Below, in pieces: positions 28,133 through 36,699 of a stretch of 61,039 nucleotides of DNA (position 1 is its first letter; the number at the start of each line of letters is the position of its first letter). The translations under genes and the position numbers were made by a program. Under the pieces are notes generated by a model, which saw only the letters and a list, made by a program, of their open reading frames with translations, was not told the DNA's origin and did not search any database. This DNA is from an uncultured Flavobacteriales bacterium (lineage in GTDB: Bacteria; Bacteroidota; Bacteroidia; Flavobacteriales; Schleiferiaceae), in assembly GCA_937929815.1 (NCBI GenBank), contig CALFUW010000034.1, positions 1 through 61,039 on the forward strand, written 5' to 3'.

Positions 28133-28888
28133 TTACTTATTTTTGAATTTTTGGATAAATGATTTAACAAAGTCGCCTAATACAAGCTGACCGCTTATTT
28201 CGGCTCTTTGAAGTAGTAGAGAGTCCCAGTGATCTGTATTTTGCCAAAATATTTTTTTCAATTCAAACAAAGCATGAGGGTTATATTCAGTAAGTTGATA
28301 AGTCAATGCTTCTGTTTTTTCATTCAGTTCGTTTATGTCCTTAGCAAGAAATTGGTAAATGCCCTTTTGATGCGCCCATTCTGCAGACTTCCATACAGCC
28401 GGCTCAAGCGCCATCTCCGATAATACAGCTATCCCAGCCTTTCGTTCTATGGCCGGTCCTACTACAAAAGGCCCGATTCCTACGGCAAGTTCAGAAAGCT
28501 TGAGCTGTGCCTGAACAGAACCAATCGTGTAATCGCATGCACAAGCCAGGCCTATACCCCCTCCTACAGTTTTGCCGTGAATACGTCCGATTACAATCTG
28601 AGGTGCCTTGCGCATCGCATTTATCAGATTGGCAAAGCCTGAAAAAAACCGTCGGCCCTGTTCTATATTTTCGATCTGTATCAATTCATCAAAACTGGCT
28701 CCTCCGCAAAACGCTTTTTCACCACCGCTTTTGAGGACTATGACATTAATATCCTCTTGTAGAGCAATCTTTTCAAAAGAATTGGTAAGCTCACTGAGCA
28801 TGTGAGAAGGAAGGGAATTACCGGAAGGGTGGTAAAATTCTATTTCAGCAATTTTCCCTAGGATGGTGCTCCTCACGTAAGGCTCCAT
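28133..28888 (-). CDS. Enoyl-CoA hydratase/isomerase family protein
   Basis: AFCGGASFDEL, GKTVGGGIGLACACD, LSELAVGIGPFVV. Confidence 0.9.
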   Translation of the reverse strand: MEPYVRSTILGKIAEIEFYHPSGNSLPSHMLSELTNSFEKIALQEDINVIVLKSGGEKAFCGGASFDELIQIENIEQGRRFFSGFANLINAMRKAPQIVIGRIHGKTVGGGIGLACACDYTIGSVQAQLKLSELAVGIGPFVVGPAIERKAGIAVLSEMALEPAVWKSAEWAHQKGIYQFLAKDINELNEKTEALTYQLTEYNPHALFELKKIFWQNTDHWDSLLLQRAEISGQLVLGDFVKSFIQKFKNK

Positions 28889-28893
28889 GATGT

Positions 28894-29643
28894 TTATTTA
28901 CCCTTATTTGATTTTTTTATGAAATCATCTAATGCCATAGCCATACTGGGATACTCAGGAGTAGGTGCAGGAATATCCAGTCGCAGACCTTTATCCAAAA
29001 TTGCCTTCTGAGTAGAACTTCCGAATCCGGCTATTTTTTTATCATCTTGAACAAAGTCGGGGAAGTTGTCAAATAAGGATTGAATTCCTTGAGGAGAGAA
29101 AAACACTAAAACATCGTAGGTCACATCTCTAAGATCTGATAGGTCAGAGGATATCGTTTTGTATAAGATGGCTCGCTTGTATTGGATTTTTGCCCCATCC
29201 AGAATAGTTGGTATTTCCGGTTTTAAGATATCTGATGATGGAAGCAAAAACTTATCTTCCTTATGTTTTTTGATCATAGGAAGAAGATCAGCAATGGAAT
29301 TTTTTCCGAAATAAATTTTACGCTTTCGATACACCACGTACTTCTGGAGGTAATGCGCAATATTTTCCATGACACAGAAGTACTTCAGGTCATCCGGAAT
29401 GCTATATCTGCATTCCTCTGCAATCCTGAAAAAGTGATCTACAGCATTTTTACTAGTAAATATGATAGAGGGATAATCCGCGAGATTGACTTTGGATTTT
29501 CTGAATTCTGTAATATCGACACCTTTTACCTCTATAAACGGTCGAAAATCAACTTTTACTTTATATTTTTCAGCTAAATCCTTAAAAGGTGATGGTTCAT
29601 TGCCTGGGTCAGGCTGAGAGATTAAAATACTTTTTATTTTCAA
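28894..29643 (-). CDS. hemD: Uroporphyrinogen-III synthase (HemD-like)
   Basis: ILISQP, IIFTSKNAVDHFF, LVFFSPQGI. Usual Bacteroidota linkage with DUF4271. Confidence 0.88.
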   Translation of the reverse strand: MKIKSILISQPDPGNEPSPFKDLAEKYKVKVDFRPFIEVKGVDITEFRKSKVNLADYPSIIFTSKNAVDHFFRIAEECRYSIPDDLKYFCVMENIAHYLQKYVVYRKRKIYFGKNSIADLLPMIKKHKEDKFLLPSSDILKPEIPTILDGAKIQYKRAILYKTISSDLSDLRDVTYDVLVFFSPQGIQSLFDNFPDFVQDDKKIAGFGSSTQKAILDKGLRLDIPAPTPEYPSMAMALDDFIKKSNKGK

Positions 29644-29669
29644 AGTTTTAAAAAGTTTAATTCAATGCC

Positions 29670-30329
29670 TTAAATCTTATTGCTCAACCAGCCTGTAATC
29701 CATACCACAGGCATTATTTCGATGCTGCAAAGGTACACCAAAATAAACAACGGTGATAATCTCATGGATGAGTACATATACCAACCTGTCTTGGAAATAT
29801 TATACAAATACAAACTTATTCCAATTGTGATTGTAATCCATAGCATTAGTGTTCCTGTCTGAAGGGTATAATAGCTGACCAAAAGCAAAGGCATGCTTAT
29901 GATGCCATTTACAGAATTTCCCCACTCAAAATATCTGTTGATGTAATCGGACGCTTCCGAACTTGTAAAAAGCAAGAATAAAGATTGTTGAATAAAATTT
30001 TTGAAAATCAAAAAGATCGACAGCCCTATCTGCAATCTCAGAAAACTCGAAAAATCCAATCGCAAGCCACTGGTTTCAAAAACAGCGTAAAAAAACATCA
30101 GAATTACCAACGTCAGACCTATGGAATAATTAATATACAACGGCAAATAATTGAGCAATTTGATACTCTGTAGATCCTGCTCCCATTTGCGAACATCAAA
30201 ATCTGTCAGAATCCGAAAATAAAATTTTAGATCTAAAGCCCATATTTTTTTTTGGAGCGCCAATAAAGTGAGGCAAACCATTATCACATAAAAAAACCAA
30301 TCACTCTGATGTTTATCAACCAATTCCAC
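29670..30329 (-). CDS. DUF4271 family membrane protein
   Basis: Multiple TM helices, C-terminal FILVYLCSIEIMP, position upstream of hemD. Confidence 0.75.
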   Translation of the reverse strand: MELVDKHQSDWFFYVIMVCLTLLALQKKIWALDLKFYFRILTDFDVRKWEQDLQSIKLLNYLPLYINYSIGLTLVILMFFYAVFETSGLRLDFSSFLRLQIGLSIFLIFKNFIQQSLFLLFTSSEASDYINRYFEWGNSVNGIISMPLLLVSYYTLQTGTLMLWITITIGISLYLYNISKTGWYMYSSMRLSPLFILVYLCSIEIMPVVWITGWLSNKI

Positions 30330-30333
30330 GGAA

Positions 30334-30341
30334 CAAAAGTA
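30334..30341 (-). promoter_or_regulatory. Bacteroidota -7 promoter element for the DUF4271-hemD string
   Basis: Reverse complement TACTTTTG immediately before the GTG at 30329. Confidence 0.5.
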
Positions 30342-30397
30342 ATGGCTCTAAAGAAATTTAAATTGGGAGAGTAAATTCACCCACTAAAACCAATGGG

Positions 30398-32446
30398 ATG
30401 AAAAAAATACAAAACTATGTAATGGGGCAATGGATTTCGGGCGAGGGAGTGGAGTACATAGCCCGCAATGCCGTAACAGGTGATGAAATAGGTGCAGTGT
30501 CTTCAGCCGGACTGGATTATTCCCAAATATTGGATTATGGCCGCAGTGTGGGTGGGCCTGCACTCAGAGCAATGACATTCAGACAACGTGGACAAATGTT
30601 GAAAAATCTTGCCTTGTATCTAACGGAGCGAAAAGAAATCTTCTATGATCTGAGTTATGCCACTGGCGCTACAAGAGCGGATTCGTGGATAGATATCGAA
30701 GGTGGAATAGGTAATTTGTTCTCCTATGCCAGTCTTCGGCGTCAATTCCCTGACAAGCCTTATCATATCGACGGTCAAATGGTCGGATTGTCCAAGGGTG
30801 GCTCTTTTATCGGACATCACATCATGGTGCCGCGCAGGGGTATAGCCGTCCATATTAATGCCTTCAACTTCCCGGTGTGGGGAATGCTTGAAAAAATTGC
30901 TGTGAATCTGCTTGCCGGAGTACCGGCCGTTGTAAAACCCAGCGAATACACAAGCTATCTGGCCGAGCTGGTCGTGCGTCACATTGTAGAGTCATCCATT
31001 TTACCGGAGGGATCTTTACAATTGGTTACAGGGTTGGGGCGTGGCATCCTGGATCCTGTCCGCAACCAGGATGTAGTCACCTTCACCGGATCAGCTGCTA
31101 CAGGTAAAAAATTAAAATCACTTCCTCATCTGATTGAAGAGTCCGTGCCATTTAACCTGGAGGCCGACTCGCTCAATGCCAGCGTACTCGGGGCAACAGT
31201 AAAACCCGAAGACCCTGAATTTGAACTGTTTATCAAAGAAGTTCATCGTGAAATCACCGTAAAGGCCGGACAGAAGTGTACAGCTGTCAGAAGGATCATA
31301 GTGCCTGAACACTTAGTCGAATCTGTCGAACGCGCCCTTTCAGAACGACTGCGCAATACACGGGTCGGTAATCCAAAAGCCGAAGGAGTACGCATGGGTG
31401 CATTGGCAGCACACATACAGGTGGATCGGTTGAAGCAAAATCTTGATATCCTTGCTAAGGAACAGGATATTGTATTTGACGGATCGAAGGAAGTGGAACT
31501 GGTAGAAGCAGATGAGCACAGGGGAGCATTTGTGAGGCCAATAATCTTCCGGAATCTTCAGCCTTTTAAAAATACTGCAGTACATGAAGTAGAGCCTTTC
31601 GGTCCGGTATCTACCATCATGCCCTACAAAACTCTGGAAGAAGCTGTAGCGATCGTCGGACTTGGCAAGGGGTCGCTGGTCACATCCATCATTACCAACA
31701 GCGATAAGGAGGCCACAGCCTTCACCCTTGAGGCCGCACATCTCAACGGTCGTATTTTGGTGCTGAATCGGCGCTGTGCCAAAGAGAGCACCGGTCATGG
31801 CTCTCCTATGCCCATGCTGACACACGGAGGTCCCGGACGAGCCGGAGGAGGTGAAGAAATGGGAGGAATGCGCGGTGTCATGCACTATCTCCAACGCACT
31901 GCCATACAAGGTCACCCGGATACCATCACTGAAATCACACAAGTCTATCAGCCGGGGGCGAGTCGTCCTGAGGCAGAACCTCACCTCTTTCGCCAATATT
32001 TTGAAGACCTTAAGGTTGGAGACACTGTGTATACCCACAAGCATACCGTGACCGAAACCGACATTGCCAATTTTGCCAATGTGAGTGGCGACAATTTCTA
32101 TGCACACATGGACGCTACCTCACTGGAGGGCACTCTGTTTGAGCGAAGGGTCGCACACGGATACTTCATTCTTTCCAAAGCAGCGGGTTTGTTTGTCGAT
32201 CCTAAAAAAGGCCCCGTTCTGCTCAACTACGGTATTGAAGAGTGCCGATTCACAAAACCGGTATATCCTGGGGCAACCATTGGTGTAAAACTCACTGTGA
32301 AAGAAAAAATCAGTCAGGAAAAACGCAACCTGGATGACATAGCCCGTGGAATTGTAAAATTTTATGTAGATGTGTATGACGAGACGGGAGAGTCCGTAGC
32401 AGTAGCCACAATCCTGACAATGGTAAAAAAGCGTAATCAGGACTAA
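30398..32446 (+). CDS. paaZ: Phenylacetate degradation bifunctional protein (ALDH + MaoC hydratase)
   Basis: WIDIEGG, HINAFNFPVWG, EADSLN, GQKCTAVRR, HGSPMP, HGGPGRAGGGEE, MaoC GDNFYAH...VAHGYF. Confidence 0.95.
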   Translation: MKKIQNYVMGQWISGEGVEYIARNAVTGDEIGAVSSAGLDYSQILDYGRSVGGPALRAMTFRQRGQMLKNLALYLTERKEIFYDLSYATGATRADSWIDIEGGIGNLFSYASLRRQFPDKPYHIDGQMVGLSKGGSFIGHHIMVPRRGIAVHINAFNFPVWGMLEKIAVNLLAGVPAVVKPSEYTSYLAELVVRHIVESSILPEGSLQLVTGLGRGILDPVRNQDVVTFTGSAATGKKLKSLPHLIEESVPFNLEADSLNASVLGATVKPEDPEFELFIKEVHREITVKAGQKCTAVRRIIVPEHLVESVERALSERLRNTRVGNPKAEGVRMGALAAHIQVDRLKQNLDILAKEQDIVFDGSKEVELVEADEHRGAFVRPIIFRNLQPFKNTAVHEVEPFGPVSTIMPYKTLEEAVAIVGLGKGSLVTSIITNSDKEATAFTLEAAHLNGRILVLNRRCAKESTGHGSPMPMLTHGGPGRAGGGEEMGGMRGVMHYLQRTAIQGHPDTITEITQVYQPGASRPEAEPHLFRQYFEDLKVGDTVYTHKHTVTETDIANFANVSGDNFYAHMDATSLEGTLFERRVAHGYFILSKAAGLFVDPKKGPVLLNYGIEECRFTKPVYPGATIGVKLTVKEKISQEKRNLDDIARGIVKFYVDVYDETGESVAVATILTMVKKRNQD

Positions 32447-32448
32447 AT

Positions 32449-32481
32449 AATAAAATCCGATGTTTTGCATCGGATTTTATT
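32449..32481. terminator. Bidirectional intrinsic terminator
   Basis: 14-bp perfect stem AATAAAATCCGATG/CATCGGATTTTATT with 5-nt loop, right after the paaZ stop, A/T tracts on both sides. Confidence 0.85.
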
Positions 32482-32482
32482 T

Positions 32483-32700
32483 CTTCAATGTGCTTAAATA
32501 CGCTGGGCAGATATCTCAAGGTTAAAACCATGTGATCACGTGACATGTCCCGCTTAACCCCGCAAAACCGAAAGGACGAGCTGTTCCGATTTCAGTGGCA
32601 TTGGTAAAAGAGCTTAGTCACAATGGAGGGTTCCTTTTGGTAAGATTTCAAAGATGCTCCCTTTTCGAAAGTGATTGAAGGCGTGCACTACTGACTTTTT
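32483..32700. ncRNA. Candidate structured non-coding RNA (long irregular hairpin), family unassigned
   Basis: Nested end-to-end complementarity: CTTCAAT(32483)/ATTGAAG(32674), GGGCAGATATCT(32505)/AGATGCTCCC(32652), CCATGTGAT(32528)/GTCACAATGG(32617). Inner CC-GAAA-GG loop. No credible ORF. Confidence 0.5.
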
Positions 32701-32772
32701 TCCTCGGACTTTTTGCGCATGCAGAAATATCAAATTTCTGCACATTCGTGAGAAGTCAATAGACAATGCCGA

Positions 32773-34689
32773 TTACTGCCGGAGGTCGTTTAAGTGGATG
32801 TATGCCCCTGACATCAGCGGCAACCTCCCTGGGGGCGTGGTGAGACCGGTTGTATCGGTAAGAGCCGTCATAAAAGAAACCAACGCTTTCTTTTCTCTCT
32901 CCGTCAACTTAAGCGGATCAGGAGGAAGGGTCTGATTGGAAAGGTTGATCCCAATGCCGTGACCTCCACCGGCGTCATAAAAGCGAATTAACTCATCAAG
33001 GCTTGAATAAACTCCATTGTGCATGTATGGAGCAGTCAGAGCAGAGTTTCTTACCGTCATAGTCTTAAAGGCAAACATGTGCGGTTCGGCATGAGCCAAT
33101 GTATATCTGCCCTCATCAGGATCCACTGTTGCGTCTTGCCAAACTGCAGACTCAGGCACCCCAAGGACTTCAAATTCTGTTTCTCTATAAAACGGCGGAA
33201 CCGATCCATTGAAAACCGGTGCAAAATGGCAAGTCGCACACTTTCCTTTTCCCATAAATATGTTGAAACCTTCTATCACATCCCTCGATACACTGCCCCT
33301 GTCGGTCATGTAGAGGTCAAAAGGACTGTTTAAACTCTTCAGGCTTATCATATAAGCCTCCAACGCAGCGATCACCATGGGGAAGTCTATGGATTCACTT
33401 CCGAGAGCCTTCTTAAACAGGGGCCTGTATTCCGGACTGCTGTTGAGCTGCCTTGTCAGCTCCAGGGCATTTTTATTCATCTCATGCCGGTTAAAGGTCA
33501 CTTCGGTGAACTGCTGACTAAGACTGCTCAGGTGGCCGTCCCACTGAAATGCATTTTGATATACGACGTTGAGCAGTGTCGGAGTATTGCGTTGGAGGGG
33601 CTTCCCGTCGAGTGAAAGCGGTGTTTTCAGTCCATCGCTAAATCCTTTTTGCGGCTGATGGCAGCTGGCACACGACCGGCTGTGATCGTCACTGAGCAGT
33701 GGGTCATAAAAGAGAGTCTTACCCAACTCTACGAGCTCTATGGACGGTTTTTTATTGATCTTCTGAGGAAAAAATTCATTGATTTTCAAAAAATCATCGT
33801 AAAACAATCCCTTGCTATAAGGATTTACAACGGAAATACCGGCAATGCGCTCTTCGGGAAAATCCGTTCCGAGTCCTTCCTGTAAGAGGGTTACTCCTCG
33901 AAAAATTTTGTCAGTACATTCTTTTATAAACGCGGCTCGGTCCATGTCATCAAAAGATTTGGCCTTATTGAGTATCTCCAGGCCGCGTGCAACTGCGTTT
34001 TTTACAAGCACAAACCCCTCGCGGTCGTCATAAAGAATGGGATTAAATAGTTCGTTTACCTCATAAATACCCGCCAAGGTGTGCCTTGCCTCCTCTATTG
34101 CATCAAGTGATACAGGACAGTCAAATCCCGTAATCCCCATGGTGGCCAAACGTACAGAGGCCATTCGCAGACTATGAAACACCAGCCAGTCATAGAGGGT
34201 TTGCGACTTCAAATATTGGTGCGATTCCCGTAGGTACAGTCTGAGTTTTTGAATCTTTTTTATTATAAAGTTTTTATTTTCAAGCACTTCATCACCATAC
34301 AATTCTTCCTCAATCACCTGAAATCCCTCCGGATCGTTTACAGCAGCCATTGTTTTTTCATATTCTACTTTGGGGAGATTTGGGCCATTGATCCACTTGG
34401 CATTGTACACATCTACCGTGGCAGTGATGACTTCAATTTTTTTGTAGGTGTAGCGTGTTTTTTTGAATAAGCGCTGTGAGTTGGCTACTCCTCTTTGGGT
34501 CTTGAGCTTTGATACCGCCAATTGGAGGTCTTCTAACTGCCGGTCGAGGGTCTGAAAGTGTTCATCGAGCCATTCTTTAAGTGGTTTGTCAACATTGGCA
34601 TCCCATGTAATGGCAATAGTGGAGAATGCATATATTCCAAGTAGGAAAGAGAGCCCGATGAGAGAGAGTATAGTATATCGTTTCATCAT
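32773..34689 (-). CDS. Diheme cytochrome c peroxidase/MauG-MbnH superfamily protein with N-terminal imelysin-like domain
   Basis: Signal peptide; LGKTLFYDPLLS, CASCH, RNTPTL, QWDG, CATCH, FKTMTVRN, PYMHNG, FYDAGG. N-terminal RYTYKKIE...GFQVIEEELY resembles EfeO/imelysin. Confidence 0.88.
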   Translation of the reverse strand: MMKRYTILSLIGLSFLLGIYAFSTIAITWDANVDKPLKEWLDEHFQTLDRQLEDLQLAVSKLKTQRGVANSQRLFKKTRYTYKKIEVITATVDVYNAKWINGPNLPKVEYEKTMAAVNDPEGFQVIEEELYGDEVLENKNFIIKKIQKLRLYLRESHQYLKSQTLYDWLVFHSLRMASVRLATMGITGFDCPVSLDAIEEARHTLAGIYEVNELFNPILYDDREGFVLVKNAVARGLEILNKAKSFDDMDRAAFIKECTDKIFRGVTLLQEGLGTDFPEERIAGISVVNPYSKGLFYDDFLKINEFFPQKINKKPSIELVELGKTLFYDPLLSDDHSRSCASCHQPQKGFSDGLKTPLSLDGKPLQRNTPTLLNVVYQNAFQWDGHLSSLSQQFTEVTFNRHEMNKNALELTRQLNSSPEYRPLFKKALGSESIDFPMVIAALEAYMISLKSLNSPFDLYMTDRGSVSRDVIEGFNIFMGKGKCATCHFAPVFNGSVPPFYRETEFEVLGVPESAVWQDATVDPDEGRYTLAHAEPHMFAFKTMTVRNSALTAPYMHNGVYSSLDELIRFYDAGGGHGIGINLSNQTLPPDPLKLTEREKKALVSFMTALTDTTGLTTPPGRLPLMSGAYIHLNDLRQ

Positions 34690-34713
34690 TCAGCAGACAT
34701 TTTTGAATATAAA

Positions 34714-34741
34714 AACAGGCCTTTGATTTGAAAGGCCTGTT
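34714..34741 (-). terminator. Intrinsic terminator/attenuator between phoX and the diheme gene
   Basis: 11-bp stem AACAGGCCTTT/AAAGGCCTGTT followed by a U-tract on the minus strand. Confidence 0.75.
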
Positions 34742-34762
34742 AGTTTTATCTCCAGTTAATAT

Positions 34763-36667
34763 TTATTGTATCAGCTGAATCTTGTGTACAGATCCATCTT
34801 TGAGTTTCAGGAAATACATACCGGCTTTAAGACCATAGAGATTGATGTGAGACATGTTTTCACGAGTCATAACTACTCGGCCGGTTGCATCCAGAAGTTC
34901 AAAATCAACGATCTTGTTGAAATGTACAGCATTGAAGGTGGGATTTGGGTGCATTCGGAAGGGGGCTTCGGAGCCTTCTATCTCAGGTATATTAATGGTA
35001 CCTTGATTTTTAAATCCTGTAATTGCCAATGTAGTAGCCCTTTGGAAGGGATAGATATTACCCAGTGCCGAGGCAAGTTGGTCGTCTGCCAGAGATCCAC
35101 CGGAGCCGTTGGGGTGCTGATTGTTGATGAAAAGCGTAGATCCATCTGGGGTAAATACTCCGCCTGTCAGCTCAGCATCGCGGCTACCGGTCATCAGGAA
35201 GAGAAGGTTCGCCGGAGTGGGATTGGGGATATCCAGGTCAAGCAAGAATGCCTTTGGGATATCATAAGGAAAGGAGCCAAAAAAATTGGGTACTATGCGA
35301 CCAAGGCTGGTATTGATGTTGTCTTCCTGGAGGAGCAGATAGCGCTTGTTGCCAAATTGAACAAATTCTATCCCATCGACCGAGTTAAACACGAAGCGGC
35401 TTTCAGAAGGGTTACCGGGGACTTCGGGACCACCCATCAGATAGGGTTTTACGACAGGTTCATTGGTTAGAGCATCTTCAAGTACCAGCACCGTGCCAAA
35501 AGGATGACGACAAGTAGAGTCTGTCGGGACAAACAAATTGTTGTCTATCCAATGGCGTGGAATGGTGACCCCATTTCTCATGGAAGCAGCCATGGATTGA
35601 TTGTCTCTGCCGGTTTCTGCCAGATAAACCTTTCCTGTTGTCGGGTCTACCTCTGTCCACTCGATCCGTTGAAAAGCCGTAGCACCCAAGCGAGTTGCAA
35701 TAGCAGGAGCATTGATCAATGAGTCTATATGACGAGGAATCTGAATCCATTGACCCTTGTAAGAACCTGGATTTTGTTTAAATACGTAAAGATTGCCTTT
35801 TGAATAGTCGCCGGCTGAGTCAGCTACATACTTCCAAATAAATGCAGCATGAGGAAGGGTAGAATTTGGCACAAAATCATTGCCGTGTATCAAAGTACGG
35901 TTGTCTGACAATGCAATTGTCCCCTCAAACGACATACGTCCGGCGTGGTACAATTTCCGAACAGCTTTTTTGGTACCTGGATCAATCATGGTCAGCCATC
36001 CGAAGTTCTGCCATGCCTTGATTGTTTGCCCGCCAAATTCAGGTACATTGGAAGGAATTGTAAAATTACCCAGTCCGTCGTAGCCATTGGTTGTGGCGGC
36101 AGTATCATGCCAGTTGCGAATCTGGAAGTTTGAGGTATAGTTGGCAAATATTTCTTCACCGGTCAACACCATTCCATCGGGAAGAAGTGCGCCACCACAG
36201 TTAGTAGTCGTCCATCCTACTGGAGAAAAATCTACTGCCCAACATGTATCTCCTCCTGCCGTACGCGACTGATCAATGATCCATCCATGTTGCGGATCCT
36301 TTATGACCGGTACTACGGACACTGCTCCCCCAAATCCAAGGTCCGGGCGCTCGGTCCGGATTACACGGCGCTCGTGATTAATGACGAGCGTACCTTTGGT
36401 GTTAGGATTTTGGGCGTCAGGGATGTAGGCCATAAAGTCATGCTCTCTTGGGGCCGGTACTGTTGCAGTTACCCCGTCATTTCGATTCACCTTTACGTAG
36501 TTAGAGCCTTCACGAAACAGGACTTTCATATCCAGTGATGGGCTGATGCGAACCTGCACTGATCCTGCAGAATCCACATTGTTGAGTTGTGTAAAAGGCT
36601 GATAGCCTTGTGCTGCACCGGCCAACGCTGATGCAATGAGTGTTGTGGTGAGTAATACTTTTTTCAT
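34763..36667 (-). CDS. phoX: PhoX family (DUF839) alkaline phosphatase with T9SS type A sorting domain
   Basis: LVINHE, NCGG, TGEE, FGWLTMIDP, GRMSFEG, RIEW, VDGI, LQED, ELTGGVFTPDGSTLFINNQHP. CTD MHPNPT...DATGRVV...LKAGMYFLK. Start at ATG 36667. Confidence 0.88.
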   Translation of the reverse strand: MKKVLLTTTLIASALAGAAQGYQPFTQLNNVDSAGSVQVRISPSLDMKVLFREGSNYVKVNRNDGVTATVPAPREHDFMAYIPDAQNPNTKGTLVINHERRVIRTERPDLGFGGAVSVVPVIKDPQHGWIIDQSRTAGGDTCWAVDFSPVGWTTTNCGGALLPDGMVLTGEEIFANYTSNFQIRNWHDTAATTNGYDGLGNFTIPSNVPEFGGQTIKAWQNFGWLTMIDPGTKKAVRKLYHAGRMSFEGTIALSDNRTLIHGNDFVPNSTLPHAAFIWKYVADSAGDYSKGNLYVFKQNPGSYKGQWIQIPRHIDSLINAPAIATRLGATAFQRIEWTEVDPTTGKVYLAETGRDNQSMAASMRNGVTIPRHWIDNNLFVPTDSTCRHPFGTVLVLEDALTNEPVVKPYLMGGPEVPGNPSESRFVFNSVDGIEFVQFGNKRYLLLQEDNINTSLGRIVPNFFGSFPYDIPKAFLLDLDIPNPTPANLLFLMTGSRDAELTGGVFTPDGSTLFINNQHPNGSGGSLADDQLASALGNIYPFQRATTLAITGFKNQGTINIPEIEGSEAPFRMHPNPTFNAVHFNKIVDFELLDATGRVVMTRENMSHINLYGLKAGMYFLKLKDGSVHKIQLIQ

Positions 36668-36699
36668 TTGAGTATTTTTAAATTGCAATACAAACAACA

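Noticed and set aside
31340-32107. 255-aa minus-strand ORF
   Set aside because: Antisense shadow of paaZ with no recognisable motifs.
32532-32547. TCACGTGA palindrome resembling the core of a parS site
   Set aside because: The flanks (GTGA/CATG) do not match TGTT/AACA of the TGTTTCACGTGAAACA consensus. Better explained as part of the candidate RNA.
32490-32700. Partial resemblance to cobalamin (GCCACTG), c-di-GMP (GCAAA..GAAA..GACG), c-di-AMP riboswitch and RNase P (GAGGAAA..GTC) motifs
   Set aside because: Only isolated words match, order and spacing are wrong, and the element lies between convergent genes with nothing to regulate in cis.
32310-32935. Track ORFs 32310-32546 (-) and 32675-32935 (+) touching the candidate RNA
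   Set aside because: They overlap paaZ or the diheme gene antisense, one runs through the terminator, and neither looks protein-like.
34766-35470. 234-aa plus-strand ORF
   Set aside because: Antisense shadow of phoX.
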